DNA of 64,000 bases from Pseudomonadota bacterium (GCA_018821715.1 JAHJLN010000208.1:3863-67862), one strand, 5' to 3'. Shown: positions 38,538 through 48,080, counted from the first letter of the stretch. Numbers and translations: made by a program. The notes: generated by a model not told the origin, from the sequence alone.

Positions 38538-39416
38538 ATGAACATTGAACCTGTGAAAACCATTGTAGGATTTATTGGATTGGGCGTTATGGGCCAAAGC
38601 ATGGCCGGTCATATTTTAAGTGCCGGCTATAAATTGCATGTCTATACCCGAACAAAGGAGAAGGCAAAACATATTATTTCAAAAGGCGCTGTCTGGGAAG
38701 ACAGTGTCTCTGATCTGAGTTCAAAATGTGATGTGATTATTACCATTGTCGGGTTTCCCACTGATGTGGAAGAGGTGTACCTGGGTGAAAATGGTATCTT
38801 AAACCATGCAAAGAAAGGAGCTGTTGTGATCGATATGACCACATCAAGCCCTGATCTTGCGATAAAAATTTATGAAGAAGCAAAGTTGTCAGGGGTTGAA
38901 TCCCTTGATGCGCCGGTGTCGGGTGGAGATCTCGGGGCACAGAACGCGACGCTTTCCATAATGGTTGGCGGGGATAAAAAGATCTTTGATAACGTCCTTC
39001 CAATTTTTGAAGTAATGGGTAAAAATATTGTGCTCCAGGGAAAACCAGGCTCAGGGCAGCATACCAAAATGGCAAACCAGATTGCCATTGCCGCAGGAGT
39101 GGTTGCTGTCTGCGAGTCTCTTGCCTATGCCAGAAAAGCAGGTCTTGATCCTGAAACCGTTCTCAAAAGCATTGGAGCGGGCGCTGCAGGATCATGGACA
39201 TTGAATAATTTAGGCCCCCGGATGATCGCAGGCAACTTTGATCCTGGTTTTTATATCAAACATTTCATAAAAGATATGACTATTGCCAGCACCTCTTCAC
39301 GCCGTCTGGGGCTTGAAACCCCGGGACTTGACCTCACCTTGTCCCTGTATAAAAAAATGGTAGAAATGGGGTGTGAAGATAACGGAACCCAGGCCCTGTT
39401 TAAATTGTTTGAATAG
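38538..39416 (+). CDS. NAD(P)-dependent beta-hydroxyacid dehydrogenase (3-hydroxyisobutyrate dehydrogenase/tartronate semialdehyde reductase family)
   Basis: GFIGLGVMG, DMTTSSP, DAPVSGGD, GQHTKMANQ, HFIKDM. Confidence 0.92.
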   Translation: MNIEPVKTIVGFIGLGVMGQSMAGHILSAGYKLHVYTRTKEKAKHIISKGAVWEDSVSDLSSKCDVIITIVGFPTDVEEVYLGENGILNHAKKGAVVIDMTTSSPDLAIKIYEEAKLSGVESLDAPVSGGDLGAQNATLSIMVGGDKKIFDNVLPIFEVMGKNIVLQGKPGSGQHTKMANQIAIAAGVVAVCESLAYARKAGLDPETVLKSIGAGAAGSWTLNNLGPRMIAGNFDPGFYIKHFIKDMTIASTSSRRLGLETPGLDLTLSLYKKMVEMGCEDNGTQALFKLFE

Positions 39417-39421
39417 AATAG

Positions 39422-39859
39422 ATGGAGATCCTGGCTGAATACGGCTATTGGGGTCTGTTCCTGGCCTCATTTCTTGCAGCCACCATTCTTCCCTTTAGTT
39501 CTGAAGTGGTTTTAGGATATCTTTTGTCCCATGACTTTAGTGTGGTTGTAACAATTGGTGTGGCCACATCCGGTAATGTACTGGGATCTGTTGTAAACTA
39601 TGGCCTGGGGTTTTGGGGCAGCCGGTTACTTCTTGATAAGGTTCTTGGAATATCACCCAGAGAAATTGAAAAGGCTGAAAATCGGTTTAAAACATACGGG
39701 GTTTTCAGCCTTTTGTTTGCATGGGTTCCGGTTATTGGCGACCCGTTGACTGTTGCTGCAGGAATCCTGAGGCTTAATTTTGTTTTATTTCTTTTACTGG
39801 TGAGTATCGGTAAATTTTTAAGATATGTTTTTGTTTCCTGGGCGGTTCTGTCAATATAA
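39422..39859 (+). CDS. YqaA/DedA (SNARE-associated) membrane protein
   Basis: SFLAATILPFSSE, GNVLGS, WVPVIGDPL, GKFLRY. Confidence 0.9.
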   Translation: MEILAEYGYWGLFLASFLAATILPFSSEVVLGYLLSHDFSVVVTIGVATSGNVLGSVVNYGLGFWGSRLLLDKVLGISPREIEKAENRFKTYGVFSLLFAWVPVIGDPLTVAAGILRLNFVLFLLLVSIGKFLRYVFVSWAVLSI

Positions 39860-39986
39860 ACAGACCCATCCGGCGATCCTTATCCATCAGAGTTTGAAGA
39901 CAGGACAAGATTTCCGGATACCGCGGCACTTCATCCAGAACGGCACCGGCACAAAACCGTGCAAGAAAAGAACAGGGGATCTTCAT
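39848..39986 (-). pseudogene. Fragment of an AAA_14/DUF4143-type ATPase
   Basis: SFLARFCAGAVLDEVPRYPEILSCLQTLMDKDRRMGLFILT resembles the Walker-B region (LDEVQR.PE...LQ..VD....G.FILTGS) of that family. Confidence 0.6.
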
Positions 39987-41476
39987 TTGATTTTAAGTAT
40001 GGATTTAATATCAGTCAAAATTTCCTCTTTCCAATGGGTATCCTTCTTTTTGTGTGAATTATTTGCATCTTTTTCTGCCTGATCAATAAGATTGTAACCC
40101 AGTTGCACAAGATACTCATTGGCGGCACGGCTGATGTGATTGTCTTCGTTCTTCCAGTAAATGGGGGAATGGCTGTTTGACATTGATTTTAAAATAGTGT
40201 GGCAGGCATAAGTCAGACGTTTTGTAACCCATTCAACAGCAGGATCTGAAAACGTAACCTCTGCTTCAAATCCAAAAATGCCGGATGTATTCAGCCGATT
40301 TTCTTTTTCAAAGCGATGATATCCGGATGTGCCGGCAAGAACTATCTGGGTATGGCTTAATAGATTTGCCGTCCGTGCCAAGTGGTCCAGAAGCTTGTTT
40401 TTCATTAAGAAATTCATGTTTTCTCTAAGATCGTATAAGCCGCTGTCCGGTACGAACATGAGAAATCCGATTTCCGGCTCGATGCCATGTTTTCTGCATA
40501 ATTCAATGGCTTTGGAGGATTGAACCGGGCCTGAACTTTTGTCGATTTGCTTTAAAACGGTTGTGGAGCCGCTTTCGACCCCCATGAGTAAACTTTCAAA
40601 TCCTGCACCAACTAATTTTTCAAGAATTTCATCATCAAGATCCTGAGGTCTTGTTTCCATACCGAATTTGATTTTCATTGGTTTTATCAGATCCATTAAT
40701 TCGATAATTCGTTTTTTTCCCTTTGTTCCCGGGCCAATAAAGTTGGGATCACAAAAATAGAACTGAGTTACCCCTTGCATAACCAGTTCTTTTATTTCTT
40801 CTGCTATATTTTGAGGGGATCTGCCTTGCCAAAGGCTTCCCTGATTGTAAAATGAAGGTACCGGACAGAAGCTGCAATGGTTGTAGCAACCTCGGCTTCC
40901 AAGTATGGTAACCGTCCCGTCAAGACGCTTTCTTTGGGGAAAGGCAAAAATATCCGGATGTTTTTCAGGGGATCTCATACGGCTTATATTATCAATAAGA
41001 CATGATTTTAAAGCCAGCCCTTCAATGGTTTCCAGAGAGGTTCCGTTTTCAAGCGATGCTGCCAATTCTGGTAAGGTGTGCTCAAACTCTCCCACAGCAA
41101 TGGAGTCAATCTGATCATTTGCTTTTAGAAGTTGCCGGTACACAAGACTTGGGAAAAAACCAAATAGGTTAATATGGCCTTTAAACCCAGAAGATTTCAG
41201 GTCTGATAAAAACTCAAAAAAAACGGGTGTGTGCTCCCAGAAATAAACGGTGTTTATACATAAAAGATCCGGGTTAAGGGTAAGGATCTTTTTTTTTGTC
41301 TGATCAAACAAAGCACCAGGCAAGGCATGATCAAGAAATGTAGTATGAAACCCATTGCATTCAAGTGCGGCAGCAGCATATCCACCCATGAGGCATGACC
41401 ATAAAGGCGTATTGGCAATATCATTAAATCGTTTTTTGGAAGCAATTCTCGGATGTTCCAGGACAAGGGTCTTCAT
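39983..41476 (-). CDS. bzaE: B12-binding radical SAM protein, BzaE-like
   Basis: N-terminal cobalamin-binding domain, GSRGCYNHCSFC; last gene of a cobalamin-riboswitch operon, after bzaC- and bzaD-like genes; ATGA-coupled. The symbol rests on domain architecture and gene order. Confidence 0.7.
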   Translation of the reverse strand: MKTLVLEHPRIASKKRFNDIANTPLWSCLMGGYAAAALECNGFHTTFLDHALPGALFDQTKKKILTLNPDLLCINTVYFWEHTPVFFEFLSDLKSSGFKGHINLFGFFPSLVYRQLLKANDQIDSIAVGEFEHTLPELAASLENGTSLETIEGLALKSCLIDNISRMRSPEKHPDIFAFPQRKRLDGTVTILGSRGCYNHCSFCPVPSFYNQGSLWQGRSPQNIAEEIKELVMQGVTQFYFCDPNFIGPGTKGKKRIIELMDLIKPMKIKFGMETRPQDLDDEILEKLVGAGFESLLMGVESGSTTVLKQIDKSSGPVQSSKAIELCRKHGIEPEIGFLMFVPDSGLYDLRENMNFLMKNKLLDHLARTANLLSHTQIVLAGTSGYHRFEKENRLNTSGIFGFEAEVTFSDPAVEWVTKRLTYACHTILKSMSNSHSPIYWKNEDNHISRAANEYLVQLGYNLIDQAEKDANNSHKKKDTHWKEEILTDIKSILKIK

Positions 41477-42822
41477 GATATCCCTTTTTCACCCCCAGCA
41501 GATATTCCAAGTCTTGAAAATACACCGGCAGTATGACAGTACACTTCAAACTCATGCAGGATATGGCTGTATTTAGATGGATTATGATAGACAGGATAAA
41601 GGAAATCAGTATTGGGGTCCAGCCAACCCGATTGGATCAGTTTTCGGGTTATGGCCGCACCTGGGTAAAGCCGGATATGGTTGAATATGACTGCCCCAAG
41701 GTTCCCTGCAGGCCCATGGATATCCAAAAGCTTGTTTAATGTATCATAGGATTGTTTGATACTTTCATCTGTTTCACCCGGAAGGTTTACCAGAAAATGA
41801 CATACGGTTAAAATTTCGCGTTGGGCTGTTAATTTGGCCGCGTCCAGAATTTGTTTTATGGTTAACCGCTTATTCAGCAATTTTAAACCAGTGTCTGTAA
41901 GGGCATCCCCACTAAAGTAAATGGCGGCAAGCCCGGAATCAATTGCAAGATCAAGAGTTTCAGGTGTCAGGCCGGCTTCCCTGAAAAAACCAGTCCAACC
42001 AATATCAAGGTTTCTTTTAATCAAGGCGTTACAAACGTCTTCAAAATGATCTTTGGGACGGTTCACAACACTGTCGGTGAAATGAAAAAGGCGGATACCA
42101 TAGTTTTTGTGAAACAGTTGTATTTCATCTGCGATTTTTTCCGGGTTTCGAAGGCGCATGCTCCTTCCGCCTAAAAAAGGGTAAAGACAGTATCCGCACC
42201 TAAGATCGCACCCTCTTTTTCCTTCAATCCCGATGGCGGCAACATAGGTATTGGCTTTCGTATACGCATTGGGATTAAATAAAAATGTATCTGGAGCAGG
42301 GATCTCATCCAGAGATAGCTTGGGCCCCATGGGATTGGTAACAATATTTTCCCCATTCCGCCAGATTACGCCAGGGATTTTAATTGGAAAAATGGATGGG
42401 GATAACAGCATTTCAAAAACCGTCTCGCCCTCTCCCAGTAACCCTACATCTATATGAGGGATTTCCGTCATCAGGCGGTTTGCAAATAAAGAAAAAGCAG
42501 GCCCACCGGCGATGATTTTTGCTTGAGGCACCATGATTCTTACAAGGCGTGCTGCAGTTTTCAAGGATGGCAGATACGACGTCTGGTGCCCTGCAAGGGG
42601 GTCGAGATTACGAAAGGATAAGGCAACCACATCCGGAGTATAGATATCCAGAACCTGTTTGAGTTCATGCCAGGGATCTAAACACAGGTTCATATCCAGC
42701 GCTTTTTTTTCAATGGTCTTGGGCACCAGGGCAGAAAGTCTGGATAGGCCCAAAGGATAAACTTTTTCACCGGCCCCTAAATGGGAGGTGGGAACCTGTA
42801 CCAATAACAATTTCATATTCAT
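41473..42822 (-). CDS. bzaD: B12-binding radical SAM protein, BzaD-like
   Basis: VYPLGL, SFRNLD, GGPAFS cobalamin-binding domain; KRGCDLRCGYC; TAATG-coupled to the bzaC-like gene. The symbol rests on architecture and order. Confidence 0.75.
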   Translation of the reverse strand: MNMKLLLVQVPTSHLGAGEKVYPLGLSRLSALVPKTIEKKALDMNLCLDPWHELKQVLDIYTPDVVALSFRNLDPLAGHQTSYLPSLKTAARLVRIMVPQAKIIAGGPAFSLFANRLMTEIPHIDVGLLGEGETVFEMLLSPSIFPIKIPGVIWRNGENIVTNPMGPKLSLDEIPAPDTFLFNPNAYTKANTYVAAIGIEGKRGCDLRCGYCLYPFLGGRSMRLRNPEKIADEIQLFHKNYGIRLFHFTDSVVNRPKDHFEDVCNALIKRNLDIGWTGFFREAGLTPETLDLAIDSGLAAIYFSGDALTDTGLKLLNKRLTIKQILDAAKLTAQREILTVCHFLVNLPGETDESIKQSYDTLNKLLDIHGPAGNLGAVIFNHIRLYPGAAITRKLIQSGWLDPNTDFLYPVYHNPSKYSHILHEFEVYCHTAGVFSRLGISAGGEKGIS

Positions 42823-44357
42823 TACTCCACCAGAAGCAGTCCAATATAGGTTACATACTGACTTTTTTCTTTTACCGGTGTTAAAGGCATCCCTGCATTG
42901 GATGCAGTTGTATAAACATCAATGCCGGATCCTTCCATGGAAGGTCGGGCAAGATGGGGGAATTTGCATTTACCGTCTTCAGGGCATTGTGGGCAGACAA
43001 GGCAGGGACCTGCGCCAAATACAAATGCTTTGTGAAACCCCTCAAGAAAAGCTTTTTTTTCAAGAGAGAGCAATGTGTTGTGAAAATCTTTTCCCGGCGG
43101 TGTTCCCTTGACTAAAAAGGCTTTAGCATATGAATCCAACACTTGTCGTGTTTTTTCATGATTCATGCCGTGTGGCGGGCACTGCAACCCTTTTTCAAAT
43201 CGTTCACATCCAAACCTGCATTTTTCCCTGGCCCAGGGGACGGTAACAATATCACCAGGTGCTATGGGCACCATTCCATCAATGTTCAGGTCGAGTGCAA
43301 ATTCTTGCAAAGGATTCATGTTCAGGGCAATGGCGCCTTTTTTGCGGGCCATGATTACGGCAGTATCGGTTGAAAGATCCTTTACGGCAATCGTATTAAA
43401 ACCGGCTTCTTTGAACCAGGCAATGATTGTTTTTGAATCATGGCATACACCATTATAGGTGTTTAACATCATGCTTAAGTCATAAAGTGCCCCTTTCTGG
43501 GGAACTGTTCCTTTCCGATCCGGAAAATAATCATGAATTAAGACCAGTCCGTTTGGGTCTAAAAGAGAAATGGATTTAAAAAATAACTCCTTTGCCTCAC
43601 TGGGTCCATAGGCATGTAGGAAATTGCTCAAACAAATCAAACCAAAGCGTTCTTTAAACTCATGGGTCCGGAAGTCTCCGGCTATAAGACGAATACCTTG
43701 CCAGTCATTATCATCAGGATAAATTTCTTGAGCCGCCTCAATGACTTCAGGGATATCAAGCAATGTGGCTTTATTCTTTGTTGATCCCTGTATGGTTCGG
43801 ATCAAGCTGCCGGCTCCGCCGCCGATATCCAAAATGGGACCGGAGATATTTTCATTTTTTAAAAGCCTGGCGATTTCTATGGCTTTTTGTTTAACAAGGG
43901 TATCCATGGCTGCCACATATCGAAGATTTCTTTTTGCATAGGTAAGTTCAGACTCTGGGGGCTTGTCTTGTTTTTTTGAGGGGGTTAATATTTTCTGGGT
44001 CAGGCTTTTCCATTGGGGAATCATGTATTGCCGGTAAAGGAAAAAATCGCCCATAAAATCTTTTTTATCAGGCACCAGGTAAAGGGCTGCCACCTGGGTA
44101 TTATAAAAGTTACCGTTTTGATTCATTACAAGCCCCATACGTTCCATGGCCTTTAATAATCGAAGCAGTTCTTCTGGTTTGCAAGCAGCAGCAATTGCAA
44201 GGTCTTCAACTGAGGATGAGCCATTTTCCAAATACCGGAATAGTTCAAGCTCAATAGCTGTAAACAATACCTGGGAATACCAATAGGCCGTGGACAGGTC
44301 TTCAAGAAATTGAAAACCTGTCTGGGCCGGATCATTTTTTTTAAAACCAAGAGACAT
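42822..44357 (-). CDS. bzaC: O-methyltransferase (dimerisation plus Methyltransf_2) fused to Cys-rich DUF2284; BzaC-like
   Basis: LDIGGGAG, GDF, SNFLH; C-terminal KCRFGC...CPP...GPCLVCPQC...C..P..ARPSMEGSGIDV. This is the architecture of Eubacterium limosum BzaC. Confidence 0.8.
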   Translation of the reverse strand: MSLGFKKNDPAQTGFQFLEDLSTAYWYSQVLFTAIELELFRYLENGSSSVEDLAIAAACKPEELLRLLKAMERMGLVMNQNGNFYNTQVAALYLVPDKKDFMGDFFLYRQYMIPQWKSLTQKILTPSKKQDKPPESELTYAKRNLRYVAAMDTLVKQKAIEIARLLKNENISGPILDIGGGAGSLIRTIQGSTKNKATLLDIPEVIEAAQEIYPDDNDWQGIRLIAGDFRTHEFKERFGLICLSNFLHAYGPSEAKELFFKSISLLDPNGLVLIHDYFPDRKGTVPQKGALYDLSMMLNTYNGVCHDSKTIIAWFKEAGFNTIAVKDLSTDTAVIMARKKGAIALNMNPLQEFALDLNIDGMVPIAPGDIVTVPWAREKCRFGCERFEKGLQCPPHGMNHEKTRQVLDSYAKAFLVKGTPPGKDFHNTLLSLEKKAFLEGFHKAFVFGAGPCLVCPQCPEDGKCKFPHLARPSMEGSGIDVYTTASNAGMPLTPVKEKSQYVTYIGLLLVE

Positions 44358-44398
44358 CGCTTAGCCTGTTCTGTGCCAATGAGAAGTTAGTTAACCAA

Positions 44399-45958
44399 TT
44401 ATGAAAGCGCTTTTATAATGCCTGAATCCTCACTTTTGTCAAAGGTAAAATCTTCAGTTTCATCTTTAAAAAAAGGTGCCAATTGCTCTTTTTTACTGGG
44501 TTCTGTTGCCAGAGAAACGCCGGCAAACACAGCACCTGAAATCGCCATGGCAAGAATAACACCGTGCCCCATGAATATCGGATGAATGCTTTCCAGAAAA
44601 GGGGGTGCCATGGGGGGAGTTTTAATTAAATCAAAGACAACCAGTCCCACCTGAATTGTAAATCCTGTCCAAAGCGAGGCAATTGCTCCGGGACCTGTGT
44701 CTCGTTTCCAATAAAGTCCGCCCATGAGTACAAAAAAGTAAGATGCAGAAGCAATAAAAGTGGCGATGTGTATGGCGTCAATAATGCTGTTGATAAAAAA
44801 GGAACCCAGGGTTGCCAAAAGAACAATTAAAAGAACGCTGAATCTGTTTACCAGCCGAATCTGTGTCAGGCTGGCATTTTTAACCAGGTATCGTTGAAAA
44901 ATATCCCTGGAAATGCAGGAGGCACCGGATGCAGCAAAGGTATCTGTACAGGACATGGCAGCTGTTGCAAGGGCAACTGCACACAAGGCAAGTGTGATAT
45001 TTGAAAACTCACTGTCCATTATAAAAGTTAAAAGCGCAGGTTCGGCTTTTGCCATTCCCATGGGAAAGCCCATTTTTGCGATTTCAGGATAAATGACATT
45101 TAATCCAAGAGCAATGAGCGCACACCCGCCAAACACAAGTGCGACTAGTAATGAACCTAAAAACATACCGTTTCGGGCCGAGTTATTATCTTTGGCAGCC
45201 CAGACTCTCTGCCAGGGATCCTGCTCTGCGATCCAGCCGGGAACGATAGCCAAGACAAAAATAAGTATCATGGGCAGTCCGATTGAAGCAGGATTCCACC
45301 AACCTTCGGGTGCTGTGGATAAAAGCTGAGTCCAGGACATGTCGACGGTATTGCCGGCGCCTGACATCACAACAACTGTCATGGCCAGGATAAAAAGAGA
45401 GAGGCAGATAAACTGGACCACATCAGTTGCGATAACAGCAGACAGCCCACCCAAGGTTACATAAACGGCAACAGCAAGCCCAACGATTAATGCTGAGTAT
45501 AAGGGACTGATACCATAGAAAATTTCAAGAACCATGGCAAAACCTTTGATATCCGCCACTGCGAAAAGAATCATTACCACAGTGATAATAAGGGCAACAG
45601 GCAATCTTAGAAAATTTCCATACCTGAGTTCCAGAAGTTCAGGTTGGGTAATGGCAGGCAATGTTTTGATTTTTTTAACGAAAAAAGCAATGATGAACAG
45701 CGCCAAAATATTGGGTGCAACAAATCCCCAAATGGACCCCATCCCTAAAAGAATATAAAACCCGATTACAGCTAAAAGTGCCCCTGCTGTCAGCCAGGAA
45801 GCTGCTGCAGAAAATCCAAGGGACAAAAAGCCAGCTGATTTTCCTGCCAGCCAGAAATCGGTTTGAGTCTTTTGTTTTTTGTTAAAGTAAATTCCTGTTA
45901 GAACTAAAAAGGAAATGTAGATGAATAAGAGAACCAGGAACAAGTGATATGCATTCAT
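44399..45958 (-). CDS. Sodium:solute symporter (SSS family)
   Basis: About 13 TM, DFWLAGK, YVTLGGLSAVIATDVVQ, QDPWQRVWAAK, AAMSCTD; RBS GGAGG. Confidence 0.92.
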   Translation of the reverse strand: MNAYHLFLVLLFIYISFLVLTGIYFNKKQKTQTDFWLAGKSAGFLSLGFSAAASWLTAGALLAVIGFYILLGMGSIWGFVAPNILALFIIAFFVKKIKTLPAITQPELLELRYGNFLRLPVALIITVVMILFAVADIKGFAMVLEIFYGISPLYSALIVGLAVAVYVTLGGLSAVIATDVVQFICLSLFILAMTVVVMSGAGNTVDMSWTQLLSTAPEGWWNPASIGLPMILIFVLAIVPGWIAEQDPWQRVWAAKDNNSARNGMFLGSLLVALVFGGCALIALGLNVIYPEIAKMGFPMGMAKAEPALLTFIMDSEFSNITLALCAVALATAAMSCTDTFAASGASCISRDIFQRYLVKNASLTQIRLVNRFSVLLIVLLATLGSFFINSIIDAIHIATFIASASYFFVLMGGLYWKRDTGPGAIASLWTGFTIQVGLVVFDLIKTPPMAPPFLESIHPIFMGHGVILAMAISGAVFAGVSLATEPSKKEQLAPFFKDETEDFTFDKSEDSGIIKALS

Positions 45959-46046
45959 TTAAATAAACCTCCCTGTCGACAAGAAATCCTCAAGCCGACA
46001 AATTATCAGCCCGGGGATTTACCGTCTCTCCGAGAAGTTTTATCCA

Positions 46047-46211
46047 TGTATTCCATAAGATATTCTGGCTTGTGGATCAATCTACTCACCGCGTCTTCCC
46101 ATGTTGCTACGTTCTGTAAACCTGCAACACAGTGACTTGAGGCGGTTTTCGTCCCCACTTACAGCGGCGGGTCCGCTCCGGATTTTTACCGGATTCCCTC
46201 AATGGAAAACA
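46047..46211 (-). promoter_or_regulatory. Cobalamin riboswitch
   Basis: Minus strand GAGGGAA-TCCGGTAAAAATCCGG-AGCGGACCCGCCGCTGTAA...CACTG...GGGAAG...AAGCCAGAA; the ends TGTTTTCCAT and ATGGAATACA pair; lies about 90 nt upstream of the symporter ATG. Confidence 0.93.
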
Positions 46212-46433
46212 TTTGTTTAAATTTTTATTTTAAAATCCAATAATCCTGTTTAAAGGATCTAAGGATTTAAACGACAAAATTTATAGCATATGGATTCTTT
46301 TATTTCAATCATTGATCAAACAAATGGGTAGTTCAAGCCCATATGGTTAATTTTGTGATTGTGATGCCTGAAATATGAAGGCCAACAATAAGGATGCTTT
46401 TTTAAAATTTTCTTTGATTGACAATCTGCCGGG

Positions 46434-46658
46434 TTGAGACAAATCTCAACAGAGATGTCTTATTGTGCATCATTGGGTATTTTAGATGATGAGGATCTAA
46501 ATTACTTAAGGGAAAAAGGGATTACACGTTATCATCCACTTATATTCCAGGCCGGTGCCAATGGTATAATGACGGGTAATTATTTAACAACCAAAGGAAA
46601 TCAGCTCCAGGAAGATCTTGATATGATAGAACAATTGGGGTTTGCGCCGATTCCATAA
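46434..46658 (+). pseudogene. bioB: Biotin synthase remnant (N-terminus lost, internal deletion)
   Basis: CASLGIL...GITRYH joined directly to IFQAGANGIMTGNYLTTKG...EDLDMIEQLG. Both are BioB motifs, normally far apart; no CxxxCxxC. Confidence 0.85.
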
Positions 46659-46707
46659 AAAATCTAAAAAAGAGGAGGCGGGCTGAACTGATCAGCCTTA
46701 AGACATA

Positions 46708-46881
46708 ATGACTGAAGACATCAACACCTATAAAGTCAGGTGTCATACCTGTTTCAAACAATTTGACGTTCAATTGTTTGAAAGCCATGAAAAAAATCTG
46801 TTCCTGGCGGATAAAAAAAACTGGTATTGTGACGCATGCAAAACACAGTATTTTGAAAAACAGACCTCAGGTCTTGATTAA
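46708..46881 (+). CDS. Small zinc-finger-like protein (57 aa), possibly truncated
   Basis: MTEDINTYKVRCHTCFKQF...WYCDACKTQYF; two CxxC pairs; below the ORF-track cutoff. Confidence 0.55.
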   Translation: MTEDINTYKVRCHTCFKQFDVQLFESHEKNLFLADKKNWYCDACKTQYFEKQTSGLD

Positions 46882-46913
46882 CTCAGTATCACTTCATGAA
46901 AGGAGAAGGTGCC

Positions 46914-47906
46914 ATGAAAAAGGTTCAATGTATAATTATGCTGGTTGCCGGGTTTCTGATTTTATCCGGCAGTGTCGCACTGTCCGCAAGCACATCCATC
47001 CTGATCATTGAAAGCTACCATGCTGAATACCCGTGGGACAAAAGTTATATCCAGGGCATTAGGGAAGGGATGAAAGGAGATTACGAATTTTTTACCTTTG
47101 AAATGGATACCAAACGAATTCCTCAATCAGAGTACGAAAAAAGTGCGCAAAAAGCGTGGGAATACTATCTTGAAAAAAAACCGGCACTTGTTTTTCTTGG
47201 CGATGATAATGCCTTGAAATATTTAAGCGCCAGGTTTGCCAAGGAAAAAACTCCGGTTGTATTTCTGGGGATCAACAACAATCCCAGGGCGTATGACATC
47301 TTTTCCGCCGTCAACATGACAGGTGTTCTTGAAAGGCCATTGCTGAAAAGATCTATTGTTGAAATGGATAAGCTTCTGGAATTAAAAAAAGTGCTTATTT
47401 TATTTGATTCCGGAACGACCTCCAAGGTCGTTTTAAGCGAGGTGTTCAATGGGAAGGAAGAGATGAAAATCAGTGACATCGACATTCATTTGAAACTGAT
47501 CGGGTCCTGGGAAACCTGGCAGGAAACCGTACTAAATTGTAAAAATGAAGGATATGATGCCATGGTGATAGGATTGTACCATACAATTGTGGACAAAACC
47601 AACACCCATATAGATGCGGAAAAAGTCCTGAACTGGACATCAAAGAATACGCCTATTCCCCCCTTTGCTTTCTGGGATTTTGCTGTGGGTCCGGGAAAGG
47701 CCATCGGCGGCCTGACACTTTTTGGAAAAACCCAGGGACAAGCAGCCGCAGAAATGGCCATTGAGATACTCAAGGGAACGCAACCCAGTAAAATTCAAGT
47801 CAGGTATGGTGAAAAAGGCAACCTGTTATTCAGCAGAACCCAATTGAAAAAATACAATATTGATCTGCCCGAAGACATTGCTTCTAAAGCGACGTTGACG
47901 GATTGA
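46914..47906 (+). CDS. Periplasmic ABC-type substrate-binding-like protein (orphan)
   Basis: Signal peptide; SYH...W, MDTKR, GDDNA, VVFLGIN, GVLERP, QGQAAAEMA. Confidence 0.85.
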   Translation: MKKVQCIIMLVAGFLILSGSVALSASTSILIIESYHAEYPWDKSYIQGIREGMKGDYEFFTFEMDTKRIPQSEYEKSAQKAWEYYLEKKPALVFLGDDNALKYLSARFAKEKTPVVFLGINNNPRAYDIFSAVNMTGVLERPLLKRSIVEMDKLLELKKVLILFDSGTTSKVVLSEVFNGKEEMKISDIDIHLKLIGSWETWQETVLNCKNEGYDAMVIGLYHTIVDKTNTHIDAEKVLNWTSKNTPIPPFAFWDFAVGPGKAIGGLTLFGKTQGQAAAEMAIEILKGTQPSKIQVRYGEKGNLLFSRTQLKKYNIDLPEDIASKATLTD

Positions 47907-47912
47907 GGAACA

Positions 47913-47943
47913 AAGCACCGGTCTGAACCCCGGGCCGGTGCTT
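47913..47943 (+). terminator. Hairpin after the SBP gene
   Basis: AAGCACCGG...CCGGTGCTT inverted repeat. Confidence 0.55.
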
Positions 47944-48080
47944 GTATTTAAATGATAGAGAACCTGCTGTTCCCCATTATGATGCCATCCTGGCTGTTGT
48001 GCCACATCAGATGTCTTCCAAAGAATTCCGGCAGAAGTGAGCACGCCTGATACACAAGGTGTAAGAAGCAGATTCCCTTT

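Noticed and set aside
47945-48080. Coding-like intergenic stretch between the SBP gene and lhr
   Set aside because: No frame gives a recognisable family.
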